From Bacteroidia bacterium (lineage in GTDB: Bacteria; Bacteroidota; Bacteroidia; UKL13-3): a stretch of DNA of 36,854 nt. Positions 27,337-35,415 of this stretch are shown piece by piece. The notes under the pieces are model-generated. The model was not told where the DNA came from. It searched no databases and saw only the letters and a program-made list of their open reading frames with translations. The stretch spans positions 1 through 36,854 of the forward strand of contig JBILJL010000002.1 in the NCBI GenBank assembly GCA_044377255.1, read 5' to 3'. The position numbers and the translations under genes were made by a program. Positions within the stretch are counted from its first letter, which is position 1. Every line of letters begins with the position of its first letter.

Positions 27337-28217
27337 TTGATTAAACGCATTTTCATACGTATATCTTCCACAGGTCTATCGCCGGGTCTGGTTGGGGAGT
27401 TGGCAATTTTATCCAAAACTTTCCAGCCTACTTCTATCTCTCCAAAAACAGTATAAGCGCCATCTAAATGAGGCGTTCCGCCAAATTGGTTATAGGTCAA
27501 TATTTGATCATTGTTGATTTTTTCGGCGTTCGGATATTTTGCTTTGTAAGCATCATCTGCAACCACCTGCAGCTTTTCCATATATTGCCTCACTATTTCT
27601 TTATCACCGCTGTTTTGTAGTGCGCTTATTGCTGCCTGCACAGTATCTGATTGGTAACAAGAGTATAAAATTTCTTGCTTGCGGCTCATATTTCTGGAGT
27701 TAATAATTTGCTCCAATTCTTGCATGGTGTATGTTTTGCCTTGTACAATGTAAAACTGACAACCGCTGCTCATTTGCTGAGGATTGTTATCCCGCGCTGC
27801 TGCAAGGGCACCTCTTTTATGGTATAAACTAGGATTAAATTCAGCAGGAATTTTATACCCAATATCGCCCGCGCCAAGCATAGCATTTGAATCTGCATGT
27901 TTCGAAGTTGGATCGCCCCCTTGAATCATAAACGATTTTATCACTCGATGAAACATCAAACTATCATAAAATCCTTGTTTCACCAATTTAATAAAATTAT
28001 CACGGTGCAAGGGTGTTTCATCATACAATCTAATAATCATTACCCCAAAATCGGTTGATATTTCTACCCTTTGTCCCTTAGGTTTTGTATCTTTTGGTTT
28101 TGAAACAGTGGTATGTTTTGGCTCAGGTTTTTTGGTTGTTGCTGGCTTTTTTGTCTGGGCTGAACCTAAAAATGATACTGATAAAATTGTTAAAGTTAAT
28201 AAAAGGAATTTTTTCAT
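27333..28217 (-). CDS. Cyclophilin-type peptidyl-prolyl cis-trans isomerase with a signal peptide and a large internal insertion
   Basis: FHRVIKSFMIQGGDP, GCQFYIV and HLDGAYTVFGE are present. About 80 extra residues lie between the last two motifs. Confidence 0.88.
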   Translation of the reverse strand: MKKFLLLTLTILSVSFLGSAQTKKPATTKKPEPKHTTVSKPKDTKPKGQRVEISTDFGVMIIRLYDETPLHRDNFIKLVKQGFYDSLMFHRVIKSFMIQGGDPTSKHADSNAMLGAGDIGYKIPAEFNPSLYHKRGALAAARDNNPQQMSSGCQFYIVQGKTYTMQELEQIINSRNMSRKQEILYSCYQSDTVQAAISALQNSGDKEIVRQYMEKLQVVADDAYKAKYPNAEKINNDQILTYNQFGGTPHLDGAYTVFGEIEVGWKVLDKIANSPTRPGDRPVEDIRMKMRLIK

Positions 28218-28254
28218 AAAGTACGATTTCTGAATTTTAAAGCAATATAAATAA

Positions 28255-29589
28255 TTAGGTCAATAAATGCCAAAGTCCTTCCATATAGGCAGGGTCTTTT
28301 ATTTTATCTTCGGCTTTATCAGCAATTATTTTTTCTAATAATAGATCGTTTTTAACGCCTTGATCTAAGGCATATTTGTAGGGACTTAAGCTAAAAGTAG
28401 TGAGTTCATACTGCGATTTAAATTTAGTAGGATACAAATCGCTCAAATCATGTTCAATGTGCTTTTTATGCATAAAATGCTGGTCGCCCACCTTCTCAGC
28501 CATCTCGGTATAGTTTTGTATGGCTAGCTGTGAAATAGCGTCGGCATTGGGTTTACGAAGTTTTTGATACTCTTCAAATATTTTGTTCCAATCAGAGCCA
28601 TATTTCTCAATACATTCATCCATTACCACCACATCTTCAAAACTGCAATTCATACCCTGACCATAAAATGGAACAATCGCATGTGCTGCATCACCCATCA
28701 AAGCCAACTTATCTTTCTTTACCCAAGGATAGCAGCGCACTGTAACCAAACTTGCAGTAGGATTTTTAAAATAATCATCCAACAAAGTTGGCATCATTGG
28801 CAAAGCATCTGGAAACTCTTCTGCAAAGAACTTCTCAACGTCTTCGCGGGTTTTTACCGAATTAAAGCTTTTTTCTCCTTCAAAAGGAACAAACAATGTG
28901 CAGGTAAAATCACCAGAAGGATTTGGCAAGGCAATCATCATAAATGCACCCCGAGGCCAAATGTGCAAGGCATTTTTTTCCATCTTAAATTCGCCCATGG
29001 CACCTGCAGGTATTTCTAGTTCTTTATAGCCAACCTGTAAATAAAATTGATGGTAATCAAATCTATCGCCCATCTGCATGCGTGCGCGGGTTGCAGCAAA
29101 AGCGCCATCTGTGCCTATAATTCTATCTGCCGTAAATGATTGGTTCGAGCCATCTTCCATCTCAAATGTTGTGCTACCTGCTTCAACATTTAAATCAACA
29201 CATTTGGTATTAAAATGTAAAGTAATATTTTCAAATTCATCGGCTAATTCTAATAACCTAATATTGAGCCTACCTCTAGAAACAGAGTTGATAGCCTGTC
29301 CATCTTTTCCGTATGGCTGATAATTTAATTCTCCTGCTTTGCTATGCATCATTCTGCCTGTCATAGGAATGGCATCTGCCAATATCTCCTGATCCAAGCC
29401 CACTTTTTCTAGTGCATGCAAACCGCGAGTAGAAAGCGCCAAATTTATAGATCTCCCAGCACTCATTTTATTTTTACGCATATCAGGCCTGCGCTCAAAT
29501 AAATTAATTTCAAACCCACGTTTAGCTAAATAAATAGCCATTAAAGTTCCACTTAAACCACCACCAATGATATTAATTTTCTCAGCCAT
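28255..29589 (-). CDS. kmo: Kynurenine 3-monooxygenase
   Basis: FAD motif NIIGGGLSGTLMAIYLAKRGFEINLFERRPDMR is present, together with SINLALSTRGLHAL and GDAAHAIVPFYGQGMNCSFED, which are typical of bacterial KMO. Confidence 0.88.
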   Translation of the reverse strand: MAEKINIIGGGLSGTLMAIYLAKRGFEINLFERRPDMRKNKMSAGRSINLALSTRGLHALEKVGLDQEILADAIPMTGRMMHSKAGELNYQPYGKDGQAINSVSRGRLNIRLLELADEFENITLHFNTKCVDLNVEAGSTTFEMEDGSNQSFTADRIIGTDGAFAATRARMQMGDRFDYHQFYLQVGYKELEIPAGAMGEFKMEKNALHIWPRGAFMMIALPNPSGDFTCTLFVPFEGEKSFNSVKTREDVEKFFAEEFPDALPMMPTLLDDYFKNPTASLVTVRCYPWVKKDKLALMGDAAHAIVPFYGQGMNCSFEDVVVMDECIEKYGSDWNKIFEEYQKLRKPNADAISQLAIQNYTEMAEKVGDQHFMHKKHIEHDLSDLYPTKFKSQYELTTFSLSPYKYALDQGVKNDLLLEKIIADKAEDKIKDPAYMEGLWHLLT

Positions 29590-29770
29590 TTGTACTTCAA
29601 TATAAAGTTGGCAAATTAATAAGATATTCTCATTAAAACTATGAAAAAGTGGCTTTAGAAAAGCTTCTGGCCTTAATCTCCTGATATGTCGGGAGGCAGC
29701 TAGCTTTTCTTGATTTAATTCATTTTAATTATTCAAAATTGCCATTCCAACGAGCAAACACTATCGAATA

Positions 29771-29879
29771 ACCTGGTGGCTGAGCCTGTCGAAGCCTGCT
29801 TCAATGATAATTCTAATTTCCTCCCCACACATAATTCCAAATCACCCGTATCCCACTTCGGCAGGCTCAGTGACCAGGT
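29771..29879. repeat. Palindromic (MITE/REP-like) element: 24-nt inverted arms around a 61-nt spacer
   Basis: The left arm acctggtggctgagcctgtcgaag (29771-29794) pairs with the right arm cttcggcaggctcagtgaccaggt (29856-29879) at 21 of 24 positions. Confidence 0.8.
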
Positions 29880-29910
29880 TTAGCTAGCAGCATCTTTGTA
29901 TAAATCAAAA

Positions 29911-29941
29911 ACTAACGACCAACTACCAATGACTAACGACC
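29911..29941. repeat. Degenerate ~10.5-nt tandem repeat that overlaps the kynU stop codon
   Basis: The tract reads actaacgacca / actaccaatg / actaacgacc. Exact 10-mer copies are at 29911-29920 and 29932-29941. Confidence 0.7.
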
Positions 29942-31204
29942 CTCCTGCAAATAATACCCCTTCAAAGCCAACCCAATTCTAAAAATATCTTCGAAGCAGT
30001 TATACATAGGAACTGGACTCATTCTGATAACATCTGGTTCGCGCCAATCTGGTAAGATATTTTGTGTTTGTAGGTAATCAAATAATTTTTTGCCCTCATT
30101 TTTTACAATGACTGATAGCTGACAACCTCTTTGTTTTGGGTCTGTTGGCGTAATCACTGTTAAATATTGCGAATAGTCTTTTAAAATAAATTCTAAATAG
30201 CCTGTTAGCAATTCACTTTTCTTACGCAGGTTTTCCATACCAGCTTCATCAAACATTTCTAAAGATGCTTTATGAATGGCCATCGGGAAAATTTGCGCAT
30301 TACTCAACTGCCAACCAGCTGCGCCTATCATGGGTTTAAAGCCTTTCCTCATTTGAAAACGCTCTTGTTCATCATGTCCCCACCAACCTGCAAAACGCAC
30401 TAGCTCAGGCTTATTTCCGTGGCGTTCATTTACAAATACACCGCTTGTGCCTCCCGGACCAGAATTCAAATATTTATAGGTACACCATACCGCAAAATCT
30501 ACATCCCAATCATGTAATTGCAAATGTAAATTTCCTGCGGCATGCGCCAAATCAAATCCTGCTATGGCACCAACAGCGTGAGCGGCGGCAGTGATGGCTT
30601 GCATGTTAAATGCCTGACCAGTATAATAATTTACACCACCTATCATCACTATGGCTAGGCTATCTTTATGGGTTTCAATTTGAGCTAAAATATCTTCGGT
30701 GCGCAAGGTGTGTTCTCCTTCACGTGGTTTCAATTCTATGATCGCATCGTCTGGGTTCAAACCGTGAAACCTTGCCTGTGTTTCCATAGCATACATATCT
30801 GATGGGAAGGCTGAAACTTCCATCATTATTTTGTAACGAGTAGGGGTGGGCCTGTAAAAACTCACCATCATCAAATGCAAATTGGCTGTAAGGTTGTTCA
30901 TGATTACAACTTCACTTGGCAATGCACCTACTAGCTTTGCCGCCTTTTCGGTTAAAAAATGGTGGTAATATAGCCAAGGATTTTTGCCATCAAAATGTCC
31001 CTCAACTCCCATCTCTGCCCAATCATTTAACTCTTGGTCAATTGCAGCCTTCGCACTTTTAGGTTGCAAGCCCAATGAGTTTCCGCAGAGGTAAACCATT
31101 GGCATACCGTCTTTTTTTATTAAATGAAATTCATTTCTAAAATGAGCTAAACTGTCTTGTTTATCTAGCTGTTGGGCAAAAGCCAGGGAGTTTTCAAAAT
31201 TCAT
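29933..31204 (-). CDS. kynU: Kynureninase
   Basis: MNFENSLAFAQQLDKQD..., YLCGNSLGLQPK and the PLP-lysine region WCTYKYLNSGPGG are present. ATG 31204 is preferred over the ORF start at 31219. Confidence 0.92.
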   Translation of the reverse strand: MNFENSLAFAQQLDKQDSLAHFRNEFHLIKKDGMPMVYLCGNSLGLQPKSAKAAIDQELNDWAEMGVEGHFDGKNPWLYYHHFLTEKAAKLVGALPSEVVIMNNLTANLHLMMVSFYRPTPTRYKIMMEVSAFPSDMYAMETQARFHGLNPDDAIIELKPREGEHTLRTEDILAQIETHKDSLAIVMIGGVNYYTGQAFNMQAITAAAHAVGAIAGFDLAHAAGNLHLQLHDWDVDFAVWCTYKYLNSGPGGTSGVFVNERHGNKPELVRFAGWWGHDEQERFQMRKGFKPMIGAAGWQLSNAQIFPMAIHKASLEMFDEAGMENLRKKSELLTGYLEFILKDYSQYLTVITPTDPKQRGCQLSVIVKNEGKKLFDYLQTQNILPDWREPDVIRMSPVPMYNCFEDIFRIGLALKGYYLQEGR

Positions 31205-31299
31205 GTATGATAAAATCAAAACGCAATGTTAAGCAGAATTTGCCTCAAATGGAAATAGGGTTTATTTTTGCTGCAAGAGATAATTTATTGATTATATCA

Positions 31300-31698
31300 A
31301 TGGCTCCTTCAAAGAAATATTTTAAGGTGGAAGATTACATAGCTGATTTGCCTCAATGGATGCAGGAGCAGCTGTTTGTTGTGCGCGAAATCATTTTGCA
31401 AAGTAATCCCGATATAAAAGAAAGTATGAAATTCAATATTCCTTTTTATACACTAAATGGTTTGTTGTTTTATTTTTCTCTTTACAAAAAGAAGGAATTT
31501 GTTTTGGGCATTTGTAATGGCGCAAAGTTGCAAAATAAGCATCAAAAATTACGCGCAGATGCCAAACAAAAATACATTCGTCATTGGGTTTTACTCGAAT
31601 CTTCAGAACCCGATTATGAATTACTAGCAGAATACATTGAAGAAGCCATTAACCTAAACCTCACCCAAAGAACCTTCACCCAATCCAAGAAAAAATAG
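31300..31698 (+). CDS. DUF1801 (YdhG-like) domain-containing protein
   Basis: MAPSKKYFKVEDYIADLPQWMQEQLFVVREIILQSNPDIKESMKFNIPFYTLNG matches the DUF1801 pattern. ATG 31300 is preferred over 31207, which would overlap the kynU start. Confidence 0.75.
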   Translation: MAPSKKYFKVEDYIADLPQWMQEQLFVVREIILQSNPDIKESMKFNIPFYTLNGLLFYFSLYKKKEFVLGICNGAKLQNKHQKLRADAKQKYIRHWVLLESSEPDYELLAEYIEEAINLNLTQRTFTQSKKK

Positions 31699-31706
31699 CA
31701 AATATC

Positions 31707-31788
31707 CTTCGGTCGCCGAAGCATAGGTGACTCCAAATCACCTTCTACTCATCCTTCAAATTCCCAAGGGCAAGTCGCGACTTGTCCC
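31707..31788. other. Cluster of three GC-rich hairpins in a convergent intergenic region
   Basis: The first is cttcgg/ccgaag (31707-31721). The second is ggtga/tcacc (31726-31742). The third is gggcaagtcgcgacttgtccc (31768-31788), a 14-nt perfect palindrome clamped by ggg/ccc with one bulge. Confidence 0.55.
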
Positions 31789-31810
31789 TACAGATTCATT
31801 TTACCCGGAC

Positions 31811-31881
31811 ATCTCCACATCTCCCTCTCTCCAAATCTTCCCTTCTCCACATCTCCAAGTCTCCCCCTCTCCAAGTCTTCC
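31811..31881. repeat. Degenerate tandem repeat with 8-nt (and 16-nt) period; G-poor C/T/A tract
   Basis: The units are atctccac atctccct ctctccaa atcttccc ttctccac atctccaa gtctcccc ctctccaa gtcttcc. There are only 2 G in about 70 nt. The tract abuts the Rieske gene stop codon. Confidence 0.85.
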
Positions 31882-32228
31882 TATAGCTGCCACCACTTTT
31901 TCTCCAATCCTATATAAACGCCATCAGCGCGTGTTTCAATTGGGTAAGTGTTTACGTAATCTCCTTGCTGCGGCAATCCTCTGCCAGTTTTTAAATCGTA
32001 TTGGTAACGATGAATTGGACAAATTACTTTGCCTTCTTCACTGCATTTTCCAAGTCCTAAACGTGCACCAGCATGCGGGCAATTATCATCTACCGCATAA
32101 TAGCCGTCTGCCAGTCGTGCCAGGCAAATCAACTTGTTTTCTATCTCTATGGTTCGAACCGAAAATACTGATTGAGGATCTTTGCCATGCTCCTCAAAAT
32201 CATAAATTTTATAAAACTTTAGCGGCAT
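31881..32228 (-). CDS. Small Rieske [2Fe-2S] domain protein (NirD-like)
   Basis: The Rieske ligands are CPHAGARL (C-x-H) and CPIHRYQY (C-x-x-H). The protein is 115 aa. Confidence 0.85.
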   Translation of the reverse strand: MPLKFYKIYDFEEHGKDPQSVFSVRTIEIENKLICLARLADGYYAVDDNCPHAGARLGLGKCSEEGKVICPIHRYQYDLKTGRGLPQQGDYVNTYPIETRADGVYIGLEKKWWQL

Positions 32229-33448
32229 TAATTCACAATCAGCTTTTGTTTACCTAAGCCATTTTGGTCCTTCATTTCTATTAAGTAAATTCCTTTTACA
32301 AACGAGGCTACATTAAGGTTGAAGGATTTTTCAAGAATAGTATTTTTGTATACTTGTTCACCAGTCATATTAAAAATAGATAGTTGTTTGCTTCCCGCAG
32401 TTTCAAAGTGTAAATTTATTTCATCATTTGCTGGATTAGGATAAATACCAAATGAAATTTGCTTCAATTGCTTTTCCTGAATACCACTAGGCGTGAGTCC
32501 TGTAACTTGTTTATATAAATAGGAGGCAACGTATTTTAGGGTAGTATCCATGTATAAAATATTGGTAGCAGTTGTGCCAGAAAAAGGAACATGATCTGCA
32601 CCGTTAAAGGTATATAACCTTGTATTCATATTTTGTTTTTGCGCCATTGAATCTACACTAAATCCACCCTGAAGAATGGCCACATTGGTGCCAAAGAATT
32701 TAAAATAATTGGTTTTATACGGAACGGTTGCATCATTGGTGCCATGCATATTGCAAATGCTGATGTCTTTGTTGTTATTCATCCAGCTTACATTGCCCAT
32801 AGCTCCACATAAACTCACCACACCTTTTACTTTCCAAGAATAACCTGGGTTGCCGCTGTTTCCTTCTACACCTCCTATAACATTGGTATCAATTACTAAG
32901 CTCGCTACTTCATCTGGCGATTCTAAAAATGCCAATTGTAAACCCAATACACCACCAGCAGAAATGCCACCAGTATAAATTTCATTGGCGTTTATTTTAT
33001 AAGGGTTTCCGTTTTGAACCGATTTATTGAGGAAACGAATTGCCGCCCTACCGTCTTGAGCACCTCTGAATACTGCTTGTTGAAATTCTTTTTCCAAAGT
33101 ATTGCCGCTTGCAATATCTACACCTAAACGGTATTGTATTGAAACAGTTACATATCCCATTTCAGCTAATTTTTTGCTTACGGTAACAATATCGGCCAAT
33201 TTTCTGTTGCCTTGCACAAATGAGCCCCCATGAGCTAAAACTACCAAAGGACGTTGAATTGCGGTATCGCCATAGGGGGTGTAAATATCCATATATAACT
33301 TGGTGCTATCGCCTTTATAATTAAAGTTAAAGCCATATTGAATATCTGATTGAACCAAAACAGAATCAAAAGTTTTTGTTAAATACCTTTGTCCAAATGC
33401 TGCTTGCATGCTTATCAATAAAAAACTAAAAAGGATAAATTTTTTCAT
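32228..33448 (-). CDS. Secreted alpha/beta-hydrolase (esterase/lipase-like) with a T9SS C-terminal sorting domain
   Basis: The true start is taken as MKKFILFSFLLISMQAAFGQ (residue 67 of the track ORF). Its coordinate comes from track frame arithmetic and may be off by 1 nt. Hydrolase motifs are LAHGGSFVQGN, the nucleophile elbow GGISAGG and HGTNDATVPY. The tail IYPNPANDEINLHF...GIYLIEMKDQNGLGKQKLIVN is a T9SS CTD. Confidence 0.85.
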   Translation of the reverse strand: MKKFILFSFLLISMQAAFGQRYLTKTFDSVLVQSDIQYGFNFNYKGDSTKLYMDIYTPYGDTAIQRPLVVLAHGGSFVQGNRKLADIVTVSKKLAEMGYVTVSIQYRLGVDIASGNTLEKEFQQAVFRGAQDGRAAIRFLNKSVQNGNPYKINANEIYTGGISAGGVLGLQLAFLESPDEVASLVIDTNVIGGVEGNSGNPGYSWKVKGVVSLCGAMGNVSWMNNNKDISICNMHGTNDATVPYKTNYFKFFGTNVAILQGGFSVDSMAQKQNMNTRLYTFNGADHVPFSGTTATNILYMDTTLKYVASYLYKQVTGLTPSGIQEKQLKQISFGIYPNPANDEINLHFETAGSKQLSIFNMTGEQVYKNTILEKSFNLNVASFVKGIYLIEMKDQNGLGKQKLIVN

Positions 33449-33500
33449 CGTGGTGTTTGTGTTATTTTTCAAAAATAATAAAAAGAATAGTAAAAACAAC

Positions 33501-34025
33501 TTAGATAACTCTGCGCAATAAATAGTCGTCGCAGGTGCGCTCACCCAATTTAAATTGTCTGGTATTAAATATATTGAAGCCAAATTTTTTATAGAAAGCC
33601 AAGGCTCGCTCATTGTCTTGCCAAACGCCCAGAAACAGATGTTCATAGCCTTTCTCTTTGGCCGAGTCTATTGCTTGTTGCATGAGCATACTCGCAACCT
33701 GCGAGCCATGTGCCTGCTTGCGCACATAAATCTTTTCCAACTCCATTGCCTTGCCATTTAAACCTGCTGCATTTGCATTTTCTATTAATTTTATATAGCC
33801 TAAATCTTGGTTCAAACCGTAAGCAACAAAATAGATGATTGAAGGATTTAATAAATTGTCTGCTACTTGCTTTAAGTTATAGGTTTTATCAATATATGCC
33901 TGCATGTCTGCCACTGAATTATCGTTGGCAAATGTTTCATAAAATGTGTTGCCACCAATTTCTGCAAGCAATGCGTGGTGTTTCCAACTGCAATGAATTA
34001 CTTGAATAGATGGAATTTCTAGCAT
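33501..34025 (-). CDS. GNAT family N-acetyltransferase
   Basis: LEKIYVRKQAHGSQVASMLMQQAIDSAKEKGYEHLFLGVWQDNERALAFYKKFGF is the acetyl-CoA-binding motif A/B region. Confidence 0.85.
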   Translation of the reverse strand: MLEIPSIQVIHCSWKHHALLAEIGGNTFYETFANDNSVADMQAYIDKTYNLKQVADNLLNPSIIYFVAYGLNQDLGYIKLIENANAAGLNGKAMELEKIYVRKQAHGSQVASMLMQQAIDSAKEKGYEHLFLGVWQDNERALAFYKKFGFNIFNTRQFKLGERTCDDYLLRRVI

Positions 34026-34050
34026 AAGTATAGCTTATATTTGCAAGGAA

Positions 34051-35208
34051 TTAGTCTTGCACAAATTTTAAATGTTTGATCACGTAATTGGCTTTTTCAA
34101 TTACCTCTTCCAATGTATTTGCAAGTATACTAACATGTCCCATTTTACGCATTGGTTTGCTTTCGGCTTTTGCATATAAGTGAACAAAAACACCCTGTAA
34201 TTTACTTATCAAATCTAAATTCTCTAAGCGGTATTGCCCACTAAAATCTTTGGCACCCAAAAGGTTTACCATGCCTGCAGCCTTCACCATTTCTGTGCTT
34301 CCCAATGGCAATCCCAAAAGAATGCGCGCCAATTGTTCGTATTGAGAGGTATAGCAAGCCTCTATGGTATGGTGACCACTATTGTGTGGCCTAGGTGCCA
34401 CTTCATTCACAAAAATATTGCCTGCTTTGTCCATAAAAAGTTCAACTGCAAACAAGCCAGGTCCATTTAAATGGTGAACCACTTTGCGCGCAATTTCTTC
34501 GGCTTTTTCTTCTATGATAGTTCCTACTCTGGCTGGTGATAAGAGTATTGTTACCAAATTTGCAATTGGATCAAACTCCATTTCAATAGATGGGTAAGAA
34601 ATAATGTTTCCTAAACTATCTCGAGCAACTATAACTGCTAATTCTTTTTCACATTCAATAAACTCCTCTAAAACACATGGTACATCAAAGGGAATGCGTT
34701 CTGGAAAGTCGATCATTTCTTGTGTATCTAAAATTGCTACACCCTTGCCATCGTAACCACCAGTGCGTGTTTTAGCTACAAATTTTTTGGACCCCAATAG
34801 TGGGATCAACCTATGCCATTCTTCTTTGTTGTTTACAAGAAAAAATTTGCCTGAAGGAATTTCATGCTTAACATAAAACTCCTTTTGCAAACCCTTATCT
34901 TGTATCATTTGCAAAATTTTAGGAGAGGGAATAATTGTTTTTCCTTCTGCCTCAAGTTTTAGCAGAGCTGCCGTATTTACATGTTCAATTTCATAGGTAA
35001 GCACATCGCTAATTGCTGCCAATTCCCTAATTTTCTCCTCATCCATTAAACTGCCTAAAATGAGGTTATTTGCCAAGGCAGCGCAAGGGCAATTGGCATC
35101 TGCTTCCAAAATATTAAAGTGCAAATTTAAGCGTGTGCTTTCTTCAATTAACATTCGGCCAAGTTGGCCACCACCTAATACGCCTATTCTTTTTTTCAGG
35201 AGATTCAT
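34051..35208 (-). CDS. purK: 5-(carboxyamino)imidazole ribonucleotide synthase
   Basis: The N-terminal IGVLGGGQLGRML, an ATP-grasp body, VNEVAPRPHNSGHHT and the C-terminal RKMGHV are all present. Confidence 0.92.
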   Translation of the reverse strand: MNLLKKRIGVLGGGQLGRMLIEESTRLNLHFNILEADANCPCAALANNLILGSLMDEEKIRELAAISDVLTYEIEHVNTAALLKLEAEGKTIIPSPKILQMIQDKGLQKEFYVKHEIPSGKFFLVNNKEEWHRLIPLLGSKKFVAKTRTGGYDGKGVAILDTQEMIDFPERIPFDVPCVLEEFIECEKELAVIVARDSLGNIISYPSIEMEFDPIANLVTILLSPARVGTIIEEKAEEIARKVVHHLNGPGLFAVELFMDKAGNIFVNEVAPRPHNSGHHTIEACYTSQYEQLARILLGLPLGSTEMVKAAGMVNLLGAKDFSGQYRLENLDLISKLQGVFVHLYAKAESKPMRKMGHVSILANTLEEVIEKANYVIKHLKFVQD

Positions 35209-35415
35209 TGAGGCAAAAATGAAGTTTATTATTCAATAAAAAAACTAACTAATGTATTCAATACTATAAATTAAATTCAATGAAGGTAAAATCACCAGTA
35301 GTAAGCGTAAAACTAATTAGCATAAATAAAGGTTCTATAGTTTATTTACCTGCTATGATAGCAGCTAGCATGGATAGTTTGCAAGAAAAAAGTCGCTGAT
35401 TAAAAGGAGGAGATT

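Noticed and set aside
31811-31881. Possible CRISPR-like or other spaced repeat array
   Set aside because: The period is only 8/16 nt with no unique spacers, and there are no cas genes in the window. It is a simple degenerate tandem repeat.
31727-32257. 176-aa plus-strand ORF with a Pro/Ser-rich low-complexity N-terminus (PSPSLQISPSPHLQVSPSPSLP)
   Set aside because: The N-terminus is just the translation of the 8-nt C/T/A repeat. The rest lies antisense to a Rieske gene with intact Fe-S ligands. It is a shadow ORF.
33449-33646. 66-residue N-terminal extension of the esterase ORF (track start 33646)
   Set aside because: The extension overlaps the 3' end of the GNAT gene and has no signal-peptide character. 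A canonical MKKFILFSFLLISMQAAFGQ start lies downstream. By hand-counting homopolymer runs I could not reconcile the exact coordinate to within 1 nt, so I used the track frame arithmetic.
35209-35415. 207-nt leader upstream of purK, examined for a purine riboswitch
   Set aside because: The minus-strand sequence lacks the conserved purine-aptamer junction and loop motifs. Only a trivial 6-bp hairpin (ctgcta/tagcag) is present.
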